A DNA stretch of 63,566 nt, filler included, from an uncultured Myxococcia bacterium (lineage in GTDB: Bacteria; CAZTWC01), in NCBI GenBank assembly GCA_964617105.1. It is 3 parts of 3 records of this genome, joined end to end, with 100 filler letters (N's around TTAATTAATTAA, not from the genome) between each part and the next. Parts side by side here need not be neighbours in the genome. Positions count along the whole stretch, not along the records: positions 43,640 to 63,566 come from CAZTWC010000035.1; 2 more parts are not named here. One strand, 5' to 3'. The translations under genes and the position numbers were made by a program. The stretch's first letter is position 1. The number at the start of each line of letters is the position of its first letter. Under the pieces are notes generated by a model that saw only the letters and a list, made by a program, of their open reading frames with translations, ran no database searches and had not been told where the DNA came from. Below are positions 49,621 through 59,922 of the stretch, piece after piece.

Positions 49621-51328
49621 TGTTTGTATAAGCGCGACACAGGGAACCGGTGGTCAGCAAATATTCGAAATCATCCTGCTGTAAAGCCTTGCTGCAAAGA
49701 AAGCCCTGGAACAGGTCACACTTGCGGGAGTGGAGAAACATTAACTGCTCATCTGTTTCCACCCCTTCGGCCACTACTTTCAGGTCCAGGCTGTGTCCTA
49801 TGGTGATTACCGCTTCGACTATGGCGCATGCCCGTTTATCGGTCGGGATATTTTTGATAAAGGAACGGTCGATTTTCAACTTGTCCAGAGGCAAATGAGT
49901 AAGGTATTGGAGAGATGAGTATCCGGTGCCAAAGTCATCAATGGCTAAATGGATTCCTCTACCCCTGAACATATTTAAAGTTGCCAGGGCATTTTTATCT
50001 TGCATTAAAACATCTTCCGTGAGTTCAAACTCCAATAAATTCACGGGAATATTCCTGGCCTCAATAATATTAATCATAGTGGCTACCATCTCTTTTTGCT
50101 GGAACTGCTTGCTGGAGAGATTGATGCTGATCCTGACCGGAGATATTCCATCCGTAATCCAGTGCTTGATTTGGGTACAGACTTTTGTTAATGACCAGGT
50201 GCCGATATCTAGAATTAGCCCGGTTTCTTCGGCCACCGGCAAAAAACTGCCCGGAAAGAGAAGCCCCTTTTCCGGGTGCTGCCAGCGTATCAGGGCTTCT
50301 GCTTCCATTATCTCACCTGTGTTTATATCTATCTGGGGTTGGTAGCAGAGGATGAATTCATCGTTTTCCAGAGCCTGCTTCAATTCGGTTTCGATTTTTA
50401 GGTGCTCCAGAGCATCAGCATTCATCTCTGGAGAGTAGAACTGAAAATTATTGCGGCCCTTTTCTTTGGCGTGATACATAGCCACATCTGCATTAGCCAG
50501 TACCGATTTGGTGTCACTGGCATCGTTTGGGTAGATACAGATACCGATACTGGCTCCGATGCCACAGGTACTTCCACTAATATGAAATGGCGTAGACATA
50601 GATTCAATGATCCTGCGAGCGATGTATACCACATCGTTTTCATCGGAAACCCGGCTGAGGATAACGGTAAATTCGTCTCCTCCCAGGCGGGCGGCTGTAT
50701 CAGTTTTGCGAATACACAGCAGAATCCTTTCCGCCACTTCTTTAAGAAGCAAATCGCCGACTTCGTGGCCTAGAGTATCGTTTACTTGTTTGAAGCGATC
50801 CAGGTCGATAAAGAGTAAGGCCATTACATATTTGTGCCGCCGGGCCAATCCAATGTCGTGACTGAGACGGTACAAAAACATCCTGCGGTTGGCTATGCCG
50901 GTCAGAGTGTCAAAATGGGCTAAATGCTCCAATTTTTGTACGTACTCTTCCAATTTACGGCTGGTTCCCAACTTTTCCAGAGCCCGTTTAATGGTAATAT
51001 CCAACGCTTTGGTATTAATCGGTTTGGTCAGATAGTCAAAGGCGCCATGGCGCATAGCCTTGATGGCAGTATCGATATCTTCATTGGCAGTGATGATGAT
51101 CACCTCCGCCTCTTTAGAATGCTCTTTTATCTTGGATAACACCTGAATGCCGTCCATGTCGGGCATTTTGAGATCAACCAGGGTAACATCAGGCATAATA
51201 TCCTTAAACCGGTCAACTCCTTCCGAACCGTTGGCCGCTTCATTTACCTTGTAGCCTTTTTTTTTCAGTTTTAGCTTTAAAAGGCTACGAATATCGGAAT
51301 CATCATCAATGATTAAAATCAAATTCAT
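49613..51328 (-). CDS. Response regulator with GGDEF and EAL domains
   Basis: REC (DD, DLKMP, KP), GGDEF, EALIRW, DDFGTGYSS. Confidence 0.95.
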   Translation of the reverse strand: MNLILIIDDDSDIRSLLKLKLKKKGYKVNEAANGSEGVDRFKDIMPDVTLVDLKMPDMDGIQVLSKIKEHSKEAEVIIITANEDIDTAIKAMRHGAFDYLTKPINTKALDITIKRALEKLGTSRKLEEYVQKLEHLAHFDTLTGIANRRMFLYRLSHDIGLARRHKYVMALLFIDLDRFKQVNDTLGHEVGDLLLKEVAERILLCIRKTDTAARLGGDEFTVILSRVSDENDVVYIARRIIESMSTPFHISGSTCGIGASIGICIYPNDASDTKSVLANADVAMYHAKEKGRNNFQFYSPEMNADALEHLKIETELKQALENDEFILCYQPQIDINTGEIMEAEALIRWQHPEKGLLFPGSFLPVAEETGLILDIGTWSLTKVCTQIKHWITDGISPVRISINLSSKQFQQKEMVATMINIIEARNIPVNLLEFELTEDVLMQDKNALATLNMFRGRGIHLAIDDFGTGYSSLQYLTHLPLDKLKIDRSFIKNIPTDKRACAIVEAVITIGHSLDLKVVAEGVETDEQLMFLHSRKCDLFQGFLCSKALQQDDFEYLLTTGSLCRAYTNNG

Positions 51329-51507
51329 TCTTAGTCTCTATTATCATATTAATAATAAGCATCTATTTTGACACTATTTGCTCAAACCCGCAAGGAAAAA
51401 TTGATTCTCCTGGTTAATGTCATTTTGGTAGATTCCTTTTTAATAGAAAAAATGGTAAAGTTGCGAGATAAATTTGGTGTTTCAAAATAGTTCCTGTTGG
51501 AGAAACT

Positions 51508-52554
51508 ATGAAAAGAAAAACATTGTTGCTAATATTGGTTTTTGCTGTCCCAGTTTTGTTGGTTATGGCTTTGGTGGTGGTACCGGTTTCCATAATTCGA
51601 ACTCCTCTGGGAACAATCGAGGCTGGAATCGATTTTTTAGTTGAAGATCAGTTGGAGTGGGGTGAGTTTGAAACTTTAACCTGTGAAGATGTGGAACTTA
51701 CCGAAGATTGCGATTTTGATTCCTCTCCCTTTGTTACTTCCATGGTAGTCTATTCAATTAAAGATATTATTCATCCGGCGGTTAAAACTATAACCGGCAA
51801 GGTGATAAAATTCTTCTTGAGCGAGCAGCAGCCCAATGGCGCCTGGAATGTCTATACCTCCAAAAGGGAGGGAGAGAAAGAGGAGGTTCCGCCGGATGAT
51901 GCTGACGACACGGCTTGCGTATCTGCTTTTTTGGCCATGAAAAAGATAGATTTTCGTGATAATATGGCCCTGTTCAACCAATTCAGAAGCGAGCGGGGAG
52001 CAGTAAACCTCTGGTTTCATCAACGCTTTGCATTTTTAAAGGATTATGATTGTGAAGTGAACGCCAATGTTTTGTTTTACTTTGCGGTAAAAGGGATAAA
52101 AGATCAGCGGGTCTGTGATTTTGTCAATGACCAGATTAGGAATAAAAACTACCGTTGCTGCCACTATTGTGTTGAAGATGAAGAAGATGAACGGCAGAAA
52201 AATGTGGCCTTTTTGTTCTATATGATATCCAGAGCCTATAGACACGGAGCTCTTTGTTTGGAAAAGGTAAAAAAACAGATTATCTATCATAGCCTGTCCA
52301 GGCAGCAGCCGGATGGATCCTTTGGCAATGAACTGGATACCGCCTTTTATATAAACACTTTGCTCAACTACGGTTATCGGGGAGTTGCCTTGAAAAAGGG
52401 GGTTGAAAATCTTCTGGATAACCAGCGATGGGATGGCTCCTGGCCCGGTTACGGTTTTTATATCGATTTTACCCCCTACTATTTAGGTTGTGACTCGGGT
52501 ACTACCGCTATAGCCCTGGAGGCCATTGATCGGTATTTAAAATTAGCCAAATAA
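51508..52554 (+). CDS. Prenyltransferase/squalene-cyclase-repeat protein (single alpha-barrel) with N-terminal anchor
   Basis: QW motifs QQPNGAW, QQPDGSF, QRWDGSW; DADDTA motif. Confidence 0.75.
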   Translation: MKRKTLLLILVFAVPVLLVMALVVVPVSIIRTPLGTIEAGIDFLVEDQLEWGEFETLTCEDVELTEDCDFDSSPFVTSMVVYSIKDIIHPAVKTITGKVIKFFLSEQQPNGAWNVYTSKREGEKEEVPPDDADDTACVSAFLAMKKIDFRDNMALFNQFRSERGAVNLWFHQRFAFLKDYDCEVNANVLFYFAVKGIKDQRVCDFVNDQIRNKNYRCCHYCVEDEEDERQKNVAFLFYMISRAYRHGALCLEKVKKQIIYHSLSRQQPDGSFGNELDTAFYINTLLNYGYRGVALKKGVENLLDNQRWDGSWPGYGFYIDFTPYYLGCDSGTTAIALEAIDRYLKLAK

Positions 52555-53238
52555 TTTTTCTTTTGCCCAATTTCCCCTTTTGGTTTCATAGGAAATAGCC
52601 TGGTTCAATAGGTTCAGGAATTGGGGGCGGGGGATCATAACTGCCCCAAAATTAGCCAAATGTTGAGTTTGTAATTGACAGTCGATAAAGAGGAATTCCC
52701 ACTGGTTCAGTTGAACCACCAGGGCGTCCAGAGCCACTTTGGAGGCATTGTTAACCGCCGAGAACATCGATTCACCGAAAAAGCCCCGACCCAGGGAGAT
52801 CCCATACAGGCCCCCCACCAAATTATTATCTTGCCAGACCTCTACTGAATGGGCAAACCCCTGTTGGTGTAAATTGCAGTATGCGTCTTGCATGCTTTGG
52901 GTAATCCAGGTTCCCGCCTCTTTTTTCCGTTTGATTTGGCTGCATTCTGCAATCACCTGGCTAAATGCCTGATCAAAGGTGGTGTAAAATCTATTTTGAC
53001 GCAGCAGTTTTTTCATACTCCTGGAGAGGTGAAACTGTTTTGGGAAGAGGAGCAGGCGAGGATCAGGCGACCACCAGAGAAAGGGGTCTCCTTCGGAAAA
53101 CCAGGGAAAAATGCCCATGCGATAGGCCTCTAGCAGCCTTTCCGAAGATAGGTCACCACCTACTGCCAAAAGTCCGTCCTGGCGTGCCAAAAGAGGCGAA
53201 GGAAACATTATATTATGATTGAGCATAAATACGGGCAT
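52543..53238 (-). CDS. aat: Leucyl/phenylalanyl-tRNA-protein transferase
   Basis: GLLAVGGDL, GIFPWF, WWSPDPR, FFGESMFS. Confidence 0.96.
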   Translation of the reverse strand: MPVFMLNHNIMFPSPLLARQDGLLAVGGDLSSERLLEAYRMGIFPWFSEGDPFLWWSPDPRLLLFPKQFHLSRSMKKLLRQNRFYTTFDQAFSQVIAECSQIKRKKEAGTWITQSMQDAYCNLHQQGFAHSVEVWQDNNLVGGLYGISLGRGFFGESMFSAVNNASKVALDALVVQLNQWEFLFIDCQLQTQHLANFGAVMIPRPQFLNLLNQAISYETKRGNWAKEKLFG

Positions 53239-53255
53239 GGCAATGGTATGATGGT

Positions 53256-55553
53256 CTAAGGCTTCAATGGTGTGACCTTGATGAAGATTTGGTCATCTTT
53301 CAGGGTGACAAAGGCCTTGCCGCCGTTTTTCAAACGGTTGAACAGAATCTCATCAACAAACCAGTTTTTAATTTTATCTTGCACCAGCCGTGATATTTCC
53401 CGGGCGCCGAATATGGGGGAATAGCCTTTTTGGGCTATCCAGAGGCTGGCTGCCTTTGAAATCGAAATAGTTACCTTCTTTTCTTTTAACTGGAGGGCGA
53501 ATTCAGCGATAAATTTTTTTACAATTTTTAGAACCACCAGTTGATCCAAGTTGTTAAATTCGATAACCTTATCCAGCCGGTTCCGGAATTCCGGTGAGAA
53601 AAATTTCTCTACGGCATCTTTTAGCACCTCCTGATTTTGGCTGGTATCGCCAAAGCCCACCCGCTGCGAGCCTAAATCCCGGGCGCCGGCATTGGAAGTC
53701 ATAATCAAAATTACATTTCTAAAATCCGCTTTTTTGCCGTTGTTGTCGGTCAAAGTAGCATAGTCCATTATCTGCAGGAGCACATTAAAAATATCGGGAT
53801 GGGCTTTCTCGATCTCATCCAGCAGTAAAACAGAATAGGGTTTTTTGCGGATGACCTCGGTAAGCAGACCTCCCTGGTCGAATCCCACATACCCCGGCGG
53901 AGCTCCGATTAAGCGGGCCACCGTATGTTTTTCCCGGTATTCGCTCATGTCGAAGCGGTGCAGGGCAACTCCCATCAGCAAAGCCAGTTGCCTGGCCAGT
54001 TCTGTCTTGCCTACACCGGTGGGTCCTACAAACAAAAAGGAGGCCACCGGTTTTTCACTATCGCTCAGGCCGGCCCGGCACCTCTTGATGGAGTTGGTTA
54101 AATGGTCTATGGCCTGGTTTTGGCCGAAAATCACTTTTTTCAAGCCCGATTCCAAGCGCTTCAACTGGCCGATTTCCGATTTGGAAACCGTTTTTTTCGG
54201 AATTTTGGCAATACTGGCCACCACTTTTTCGATATTTTGGCTTTTGATGACGGTTTTTCGTTTTTTCCCCTGGATTTGGTTTATTTTGGTAAAAGAGCCG
54301 GCCTCATCGATAACATCAATGGCTTTGTCGGGCAAAAAACGGTCATTTATATACTTAGCGGAAAGTTCTGCCGCCGATTTGAGGGCTCCATCGGTATACC
54401 GCACTTGATGATAGTCCTGGTACCGGTCCTTCAATCCATTTAATATTTCGCAGGTTTCCTGAATGGTGGGCTCTAATATCTCTATTTTCTGGAATCGCCG
54501 AGACAGGGCCCGATCCCGGTCAAAATATTTTTTATAATCTTCGTAAGTGGTAGAGCCAATACACTTCATTTTGCCCGATACCAGGGCAGATTTGAGGATA
54601 TTGGAGGCATCCATAGAACCGCCGGAAACTGCGCCGGCACCCACGATGGTGTGGATTTCATCGATAAACAGGATAGAGCCCTTTATCAGCAGCAACGCAT
54701 TGAGCACCTTTTTCATCCGCCCCTCAAAATCACCCCGGAACTTGGTGCCTGCCAGAACTGCTCCCATATCCAGAGCATAGATACTAGCGTCCTTGAGCGG
54801 TAAGGGTACTTCATTGGCAGCGATCATTTGGGCCAAACCTTCGGTAATAGCGGTTTTACCCACCCCCGGTTCTCCAACATGCACGGGATTGTTCTTAAGC
54901 CGGCGGCAGAGCACCTGGATGGTTCGCTGCAAGATCTCTTCCCGGCCGATTAGCGGGTCCATCTCTCCTTTAGCCGCCCGCTGGACCAATTCGGTGGTGA
55001 AACACTGCAGCACTTTCTCTGCTTTCTGGAGTTTTTCATCCTCAGTTTCTTCATAAGATTCCTGATTTTCTGTCAGGTTCTCTCCCTCTTCATCTGCGTC
55101 CGTATCCGAACCCACTTCCTGAGGTATTGCCGAGATTCCGTGGGAGATATAGTTGAGCACATCTACTTTGCTGATACCCTCTTTCAGCAAGATGTAGGCG
55201 GCAAAAGACTCTTTTTCATAAAAGATAGCCACAAAGATATCCTCTAACTCAACCATATCTTTTTGGGAATTCTGGGTATGCAGTATAGCCCGCTGGATAA
55301 TGTTTTTAAAAGCTATTGATTCACTGGGGTTAATATCGCCGGGCAAAGATTCCATCCTGGTTTTAAAATGGTGTTCAATCTCCTTTTTTAACTTCTTCAG
55401 ATTTCCACCGCAGTTGATAATTATTTCATTGCCTCGCTTGGTAAACAGGGAGGCATAGAGAATATGTTCGGGGGTGATAAATTCGTGACCCATGGATTTG
55501 GCTTCGTTATAGGCCGCGGTGATCACAATGTTGACTTCCGGGTTTACTTGCAT
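53256..55553 (-). CDS. clpA: ATP-dependent Clp protease ATP-binding subunit
   Basis: GEPGVGKT and GPTGVGKT, no M-domain, clpS-clpA-aat order. Confidence 0.95.
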   Translation of the reverse strand: MQVNPEVNIVITAAYNEAKSMGHEFITPEHILYASLFTKRGNEIIINCGGNLKKLKKEIEHHFKTRMESLPGDINPSESIAFKNIIQRAILHTQNSQKDMVELEDIFVAIFYEKESFAAYILLKEGISKVDVLNYISHGISAIPQEVGSDTDADEEGENLTENQESYEETEDEKLQKAEKVLQCFTTELVQRAAKGEMDPLIGREEILQRTIQVLCRRLKNNPVHVGEPGVGKTAITEGLAQMIAANEVPLPLKDASIYALDMGAVLAGTKFRGDFEGRMKKVLNALLLIKGSILFIDEIHTIVGAGAVSGGSMDASNILKSALVSGKMKCIGSTTYEDYKKYFDRDRALSRRFQKIEILEPTIQETCEILNGLKDRYQDYHQVRYTDGALKSAAELSAKYINDRFLPDKAIDVIDEAGSFTKINQIQGKKRKTVIKSQNIEKVVASIAKIPKKTVSKSEIGQLKRLESGLKKVIFGQNQAIDHLTNSIKRCRAGLSDSEKPVASFLFVGPTGVGKTELARQLALLMGVALHRFDMSEYREKHTVARLIGAPPGYVGFDQGGLLTEVIRKKPYSVLLLDEIEKAHPDIFNVLLQIMDYATLTDNNGKKADFRNVILIMTSNAGARDLGSQRVGFGDTSQNQEVLKDAVEKFFSPEFRNRLDKVIEFNNLDQLVVLKIVKKFIAEFALQLKEKKVTISISKAASLWIAQKGYSPIFGAREISRLVQDKIKNWFVDEILFNRLKNGGKAFVTLKDDQIFIKVTPLKP

Positions 55554-55571
55554 CTCTAAAAACCTCTGGGA

Positions 55572-55898
55572 TTATGCTTCCTCGTAACTACATTTTAAGG
55601 GATATTCATTCTGTTTGGCCAATTGGTGAACCTGCTCAATTTTGGTCAGGGCTATATCATAGGTATAAACCCCCACTGCCGCCGCTCCCTCTTCGTGAAC
55701 CTGCAGCATCAGAACAGTGGCTTCTGCCATAGATTTATGGAAAATACTGATTAATACCTGAATCACAAAATCCATGGTTGTATAGTGATCGTTGTGCATG
55801 ATCACTCGGTACATTGTGGGCTTTTTTAGTTGTGCCTCAGACTCTATATCCAGGCCAGTATCAAAGCCGGTTTGATTGTTTTGATCATCCTGGGCCAT
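55572..55898 (-). CDS. clpS: Clp adaptor protein
   Basis: PTMYRVIMHNDHYTTMDFV, YPLKC. Confidence 0.96.
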   Translation of the reverse strand: MAQDDQNNQTGFDTGLDIESEAQLKKPTMYRVIMHNDHYTTMDFVIQVLISIFHKSMAEATVLMLQVHEEGAAAVGVYTYDIALTKIEQVHQLAKQNEYPLKCSYEEA

Positions 55899-55917
55899 AG
55901 CAAGAAGGGTTCTAAAC

Positions 55918-55959
55918 AGTGTATATCTGAAAGTACTGTAAGAGTTTCAGATATACACT
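55918..55959. other. Perfect 15-bp inverted repeat upstream of clpS
   Basis: AGTGTATATCTGAAA-12 nt-TTTCAGATATACACT. Confidence 0.75.
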
Positions 55960-55976
55960 TGAAAGTATGATGGTCA

Positions 55977-56615
55977 CTAATGCTGCTCAGAACAGTTGAG
56001 AGTCGAGTCGATAGTTTTTAGCAAAGCCTTGATGCTGAAAGGTTTTTGGACCACATGTTCCACCCCCAGGCTTTTTACCTCCTGAACTGATTCTTCCCAG
56101 TCGTTCAAAGCAGTTACAATAATTACCCGAGTGGATTTATAACGTTCGTTTTCTTTCATATGGCGAACCACTGAAACTCCGTTTACATCCGGCATCATCA
56201 AGTCAGTTAGTACCAGGTCAGGGACAAAACCGCCCAGGGTAGTACAGGCATCCACTCCATTTTCTGCTATTTTGATATCAGCATCAGGATACTGGCGGCA
56301 CAAAGACCGATAGAGCAGTTCTAAAATATGGACATCATCTTCCACCAGCAATATTTTAAGGACATTTCTAGCCGGAATCACTTCTGCAGCTTGTTCATAA
56401 AGCGGTAGCGCCAGAGTGCTTTCATCGACGCCGCCCATACGTAAGATCTCTCCTGTCTTTTCCCATATTTGGGTCGAGTTTTCTTTTATCTTTTCAATTG
56501 ACTGCCGCCCCTCCTGGTCAATCTCTTTGGGTATCAAAAGGATAATTTCAGAGGCCATCTTCTTGAGGCGTGTTCTGATTTCAGAGGCCATTGTTGCTAG
56601 AAGTTTTTCGTCCAT
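55977..56615 (-). CDS. Response regulator: degenerate HisKA-like helical hairpin + REC
   Basis: ILLVEDD, DLVLTDLMMP, VTA, KPF; N-terminal LATMASEIRTRL. Confidence 0.8.
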   Translation of the reverse strand: MDEKLLATMASEIRTRLKKMASEIILLIPKEIDQEGRQSIEKIKENSTQIWEKTGEILRMGGVDESTLALPLYEQAAEVIPARNVLKILLVEDDVHILELLYRSLCRQYPDADIKIAENGVDACTTLGGFVPDLVLTDLMMPDVNGVSVVRHMKENERYKSTRVIIVTALNDWEESVQEVKSLGVEHVVQKPFSIKALLKTIDSTLNCSEQH

Positions 56616-56804
56616 GGTTAATCCTTAGTATCCATTCGGAAGTTAAACCCCCTCTGATCGAGGCTGGTCGGTAGATCATATTATTACCATAATATGGTGG
56701 GCAGGAAAAAGTCAATAGAAAAGGCTACGCCTATCAATATGAATCCCGGAGTTATAACAAATATTAGGAGTGGAGGATGGGTGGAGACATTTGGGGAATA
56801 ATAA

Positions 56805-56891
56805 TGGTGCGGGAGAGGGGACTTGAACCCCTACAGGCCTAAGCCCACAGGAACCTGAATCCTGCGCGTCTACCAATTCCGCCACTCCCGC
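56805..56891 (-). tRNA. tRNA-Leu(CAG)
   Basis: GCGGGAGTGGCGGAATTGGTAGACGC; anticodon arm CAGGA-TTCAGGT-TCCTG; long variable arm; GGTTCAAGTCC; encoded CCA. Confidence 0.96.
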
Positions 56892-56900
56892 CCGTCACTT

Positions 56901-56928
56901 AATATACCGATTTTTTGCCCTTTGTCAA
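56901..56928 (-). promoter_or_regulatory. sigma70 promoter of tRNA-Leu
   Basis: TTGACA-16 bp-TATATT ending 9 nt before the tRNA. Confidence 0.6.
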
Positions 56929-58190
56929 GAACCATTCTCCTTATCCAATTGGAGTGCATACTGGTGAAGAAATTTAAAAATAGTAAGCACGATAGATGCT
57001 GCCGGTACGGCAAAAAGAGCCCCGATTATGCCGTAATAGTGTTTTCCTGCCAATAGCGCCATAATAACCACCACCGGATGTATTTTAGCGGCATTTCCCA
57101 TTATTTTGGGGTTGAAAAAATTGGCTTCTATGAGGTGGATGCCGATGATCCAGACCAGGATAAAAATTCCCTTAATGAAACTATCGGTAACCGCAATCAA
57201 TACAATGGGGATGGAACTTAAAATACTGCCGAAAATTGGCACCAGGCTAAAGGTGGCGGCTATGATTGCCATGATAAAAGCAAATTTGATGTCGAACAGC
57301 AACAGGCCAATCAGGGTTAAAAAACCGTTTAACAGGCAAATTATTACCTGGCCTCGGACAACGCCAGCCAGCCCAAGGTCGAACCCCTGGACAAATTTTT
57401 CAAATTGTTCCCGTTTTAAAAAGGGGAAAAGGGAATAAAAAAAGTTTTTAATATAACTCACATCCACTGATAAGAAAGCGGTAAGCATCAGGATTAAAAA
57501 GAATTTAAAAATAAAACCAGCCACAGAAAAGATTATGGTGCGGCTAAGTTGAATAAAATCAAAAAAATTGGCCTTCAGGCTATCGGTAATGCTTAGGAAC
57601 GATTTTTTTAATGCCTGGTTGAAATCCAGTTTTAATGAGGGCTGAATTTGTTTTCCTTCATCATAAGTTTCAGGCAGAATTAAAAATTCTTCTCCTGGGT
57701 CTATCATCTCCTGCTCTATTTCCTGCTCTATTTCCTGCTCTATTTTTATTGGCGGTTGATTGTCCACCTGTAAATCAATGGGTATTTTGTAATCCTTTAG
57801 GAGTTGTTGAGCCCGGCGGCTGTAATTGTTTACCGATTTGGTGGTTAATTGATTAAAAAACTGCCGTCCTTCTTCTCCCAGCCGGCTAATTTCACCGTAT
57901 ATTCTGGGGATAGCAGAAATACTGAATAGGTAAATCAGCAGAAAAAACCAAATATAGATAAAGATGACTCCCAGCCAGCGGGGAATGTGGAGTCCCTTGA
58001 TTTTCCGGGAAGAGATCCAATCTATCAGCGGATCTATCAGGTAGGCGATAAACATGGCCCCAATAAAGGGGAGTAAAATATGCCGGAACAGGTACAGGAC
58101 TATTACTATAAAAACCCACAGGGAGAGAAGGATGGCTAGTTTAGTGTATTTATTGTGCGGTTTTTGGGAAAAATTATTGAGTTCCACCAT
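56925..58190 (-). CDS. AI-2E (PerM) family transporter
   Basis: ILLPFI..IAYLIDP, VRGQ, IP.FG-like motif, IHPVVVI, G.LFAVP. Confidence 0.9.
   Translation of the reverse strand: MVELNNFSQKPHNKYTKLAILLSLWVFIVIVLYLFRHILLPFIGAMFIAYLIDPLIDWISSRKIKGLHIPRWLGVIFIYIWFFLLIYLFSISAIPRIYGEISRLGEEGRQFFNQLTTKSVNNYSRRAQQLLKDYKIPIDLQVDNQPPIKIEQEIEQEIEQEMIDPGEEFLILPETYDEGKQIQPSLKLDFNQALKKSFLSITDSLKANFFDFIQLSRTIIFSVAGFIFKFFLILMLTAFLSVDVSYIKNFFYSLFPFLKREQFEKFVQGFDLGLAGVVRGQVIICLLNGFLTLIGLLLFDIKFAFIMAIIAATFSLVPIFGSILSSIPIVLIAVTDSFIKGIFILVWIIGIHLIEANFFNPKIMGNAAKIHPVVVIMALLAGKHYYGIIGALFAVPAASIVLTIFKFLHQYALQLDKENGS
57709..57744. repeat. 12-nt tandem repeat x3 (IEQE units)
   Basis: TCCTGCTCTATT repeated three times, in frame. 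Confidence 0.85.
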
Positions 58191-58192
58191 GT

Positions 58193-59737
58193 TTACTCCC
58201 ATTCTATGGTGCTGGGCGGTTTGGAGGAAATATCGTAAACCACCCGGTTTACTCCCTTGACCTCGTTGATAATCCGGCTGGATATTGAGCGCAAAACCGG
58301 GTATGGTATTTCCACCCATTGGGCGGTCATGCCGTCAACACTGTGTACTGCCCTCAGCGCAATGGCATAATCGTAGGTGCGGTCATCCCCCATCACCCCT
58401 ACACTTTTAATGGCGGGCAACACTGCAAAAGCCTGCCATATCTGCGAATAGAGGCCCGCATTTTGGATCTCCTGAATAAATATTGTATCTGCCCGGCGCA
58501 ATATTTGTAGTCGCTGCTCAGTAATGGTGCCGATAATTCTTACCGCCAGTCCCGGCCCGGGAAAGGGGTGCCGGCCAATCAATTCTTCCGGCAAATCCAT
58601 CTCCCGGCCTAAAATTCTCACCTCATCTTTGAACAGTTCCCGCAAGGGTTCTACTAGTTTGAGTTTCATTTTTTTCGGCAAGCCTCCCACATTGTGGTGG
58701 CTCTTAATGGTGGCAGACGGCCCTTTTACAATGGATGATTCAATTACATCTGGATACAGGGTGCCCTGGGCCAGATATTTTACTCCCGATATCTCTTTTG
58801 CCTTATGTTCAAAAATTTTGATGAATTCCTGCCCGATAATTTTTCGTTTCTTTTCCGGATCTAAAACTCCCTCCAGTTTGGATAAGAACTGTTGAGAGGC
58901 ATCCACGAAAATAAAGTTGGGCAGTTTCATCTTATCTGTATAAATATTTTTTACCCAAAGGGCTTCATCTTCTCGTAAAAGGCCGTTGTCAATAAAAACA
59001 CAGTGCAGAGCCGGCCCTATGGCGCGGCTTAAGATAGCGGCGGTCACCGTAGAATCTACGCCTCCGGAAAGAGCGCAGACCACCTGGTCTGAACCTATTT
59101 TCTCCCGGCAGGCTATGATGGTTTTTTCCAAAAAAGAGTGCATGGTCCAGTCCGCCTGGCATTGGCATGAAGAAAATAGAAAATTGCCGATAAGCTCTGC
59201 GCCCTTTTCGGTGTGGGTAACTTCTGGATGAAACTGAACCCCGAAAATTTGGCGTTTAAAATCGGCAATGGCGCAACTGGGGGAATTTTTAGATGAGCCT
59301 ATAGGGACAAATCCTTCCGGCAGCCGGTTTACCATATCGCCGTGGCTCATCCAGACCACGGTCTGCTGTCCGGTTTCAAAGGAGTCAAAAATAGCCCGGT
59401 TCTGTTCAATTTTTATCTGGGTGTGACCATATTCCCGCTTAGATGCCTGGGCAATTTCTCCTCCAAAGTGCCGGGCGATTACTTGTAGCCCGTAACATAT
59501 ACCTAAAATAGGAATTCCCAGAGAAAATATGGCTGTATCGGGAAGGGGGGCCTGCGGAGCCAGAACCGAAGCGGGACCGCCGGAGAGGATTATACCACTA
59601 AATTTGCCTCTAATATCTGCGGCTTTGGTATTGTAGGGGTGAATTTCACAGTATACTCCGGCTTCACGCACTCGGCGGGCGATCAGTTGGCTTACCTGGG
59701 AACCAAAGTCCAATACTAATATTTTGTTGTTATCCAT
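58193..59737 (-). CDS. guaA: GMP synthase (glutamine-hydrolysing)
   Basis: LDFGSQ, GICYG, QFHPEV, SGGVDS, KPPSTIEWE. Confidence 0.97.
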   Translation of the reverse strand: MDNNKILVLDFGSQVSQLIARRVREAGVYCEIHPYNTKAADIRGKFSGIILSGGPASVLAPQAPLPDTAIFSLGIPILGICYGLQVIARHFGGEIAQASKREYGHTQIKIEQNRAIFDSFETGQQTVVWMSHGDMVNRLPEGFVPIGSSKNSPSCAIADFKRQIFGVQFHPEVTHTEKGAELIGNFLFSSCQCQADWTMHSFLEKTIIACREKIGSDQVVCALSGGVDSTVTAAILSRAIGPALHCVFIDNGLLREDEALWVKNIYTDKMKLPNFIFVDASQQFLSKLEGVLDPEKKRKIIGQEFIKIFEHKAKEISGVKYLAQGTLYPDVIESSIVKGPSATIKSHHNVGGLPKKMKLKLVEPLRELFKDEVRILGREMDLPEELIGRHPFPGPGLAVRIIGTITEQRLQILRRADTIFIQEIQNAGLYSQIWQAFAVLPAIKSVGVMGDDRTYDYAIALRAVHSVDGMTAQWVEIPYPVLRSISSRIINEVKGVNRVVYDISSKPPSTIEWE

Positions 59738-59922
59738 AGGTGAGTTAGATCCTGTCCGAGAATTCACTTCTGTTGCGAAGTGGGAGATAGGTAAATAAAG
59801 AGGCTATTTTTACATTATGTATCCTCTTTCGCAAGCAAAAATTTACCGGTATGATATCGAACATTTTTCTGTTATACCTAAAATCAGCAACTGGCTCACG
59901 GACAGAGGTAAAGGAACAACAA

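Noticed and set aside
56640-56805. Genomic island at the tRNA-Leu 3' end
   Set aside because: No integrase, no duplicated tRNA 3' end seen, and downstream genes are housekeeping
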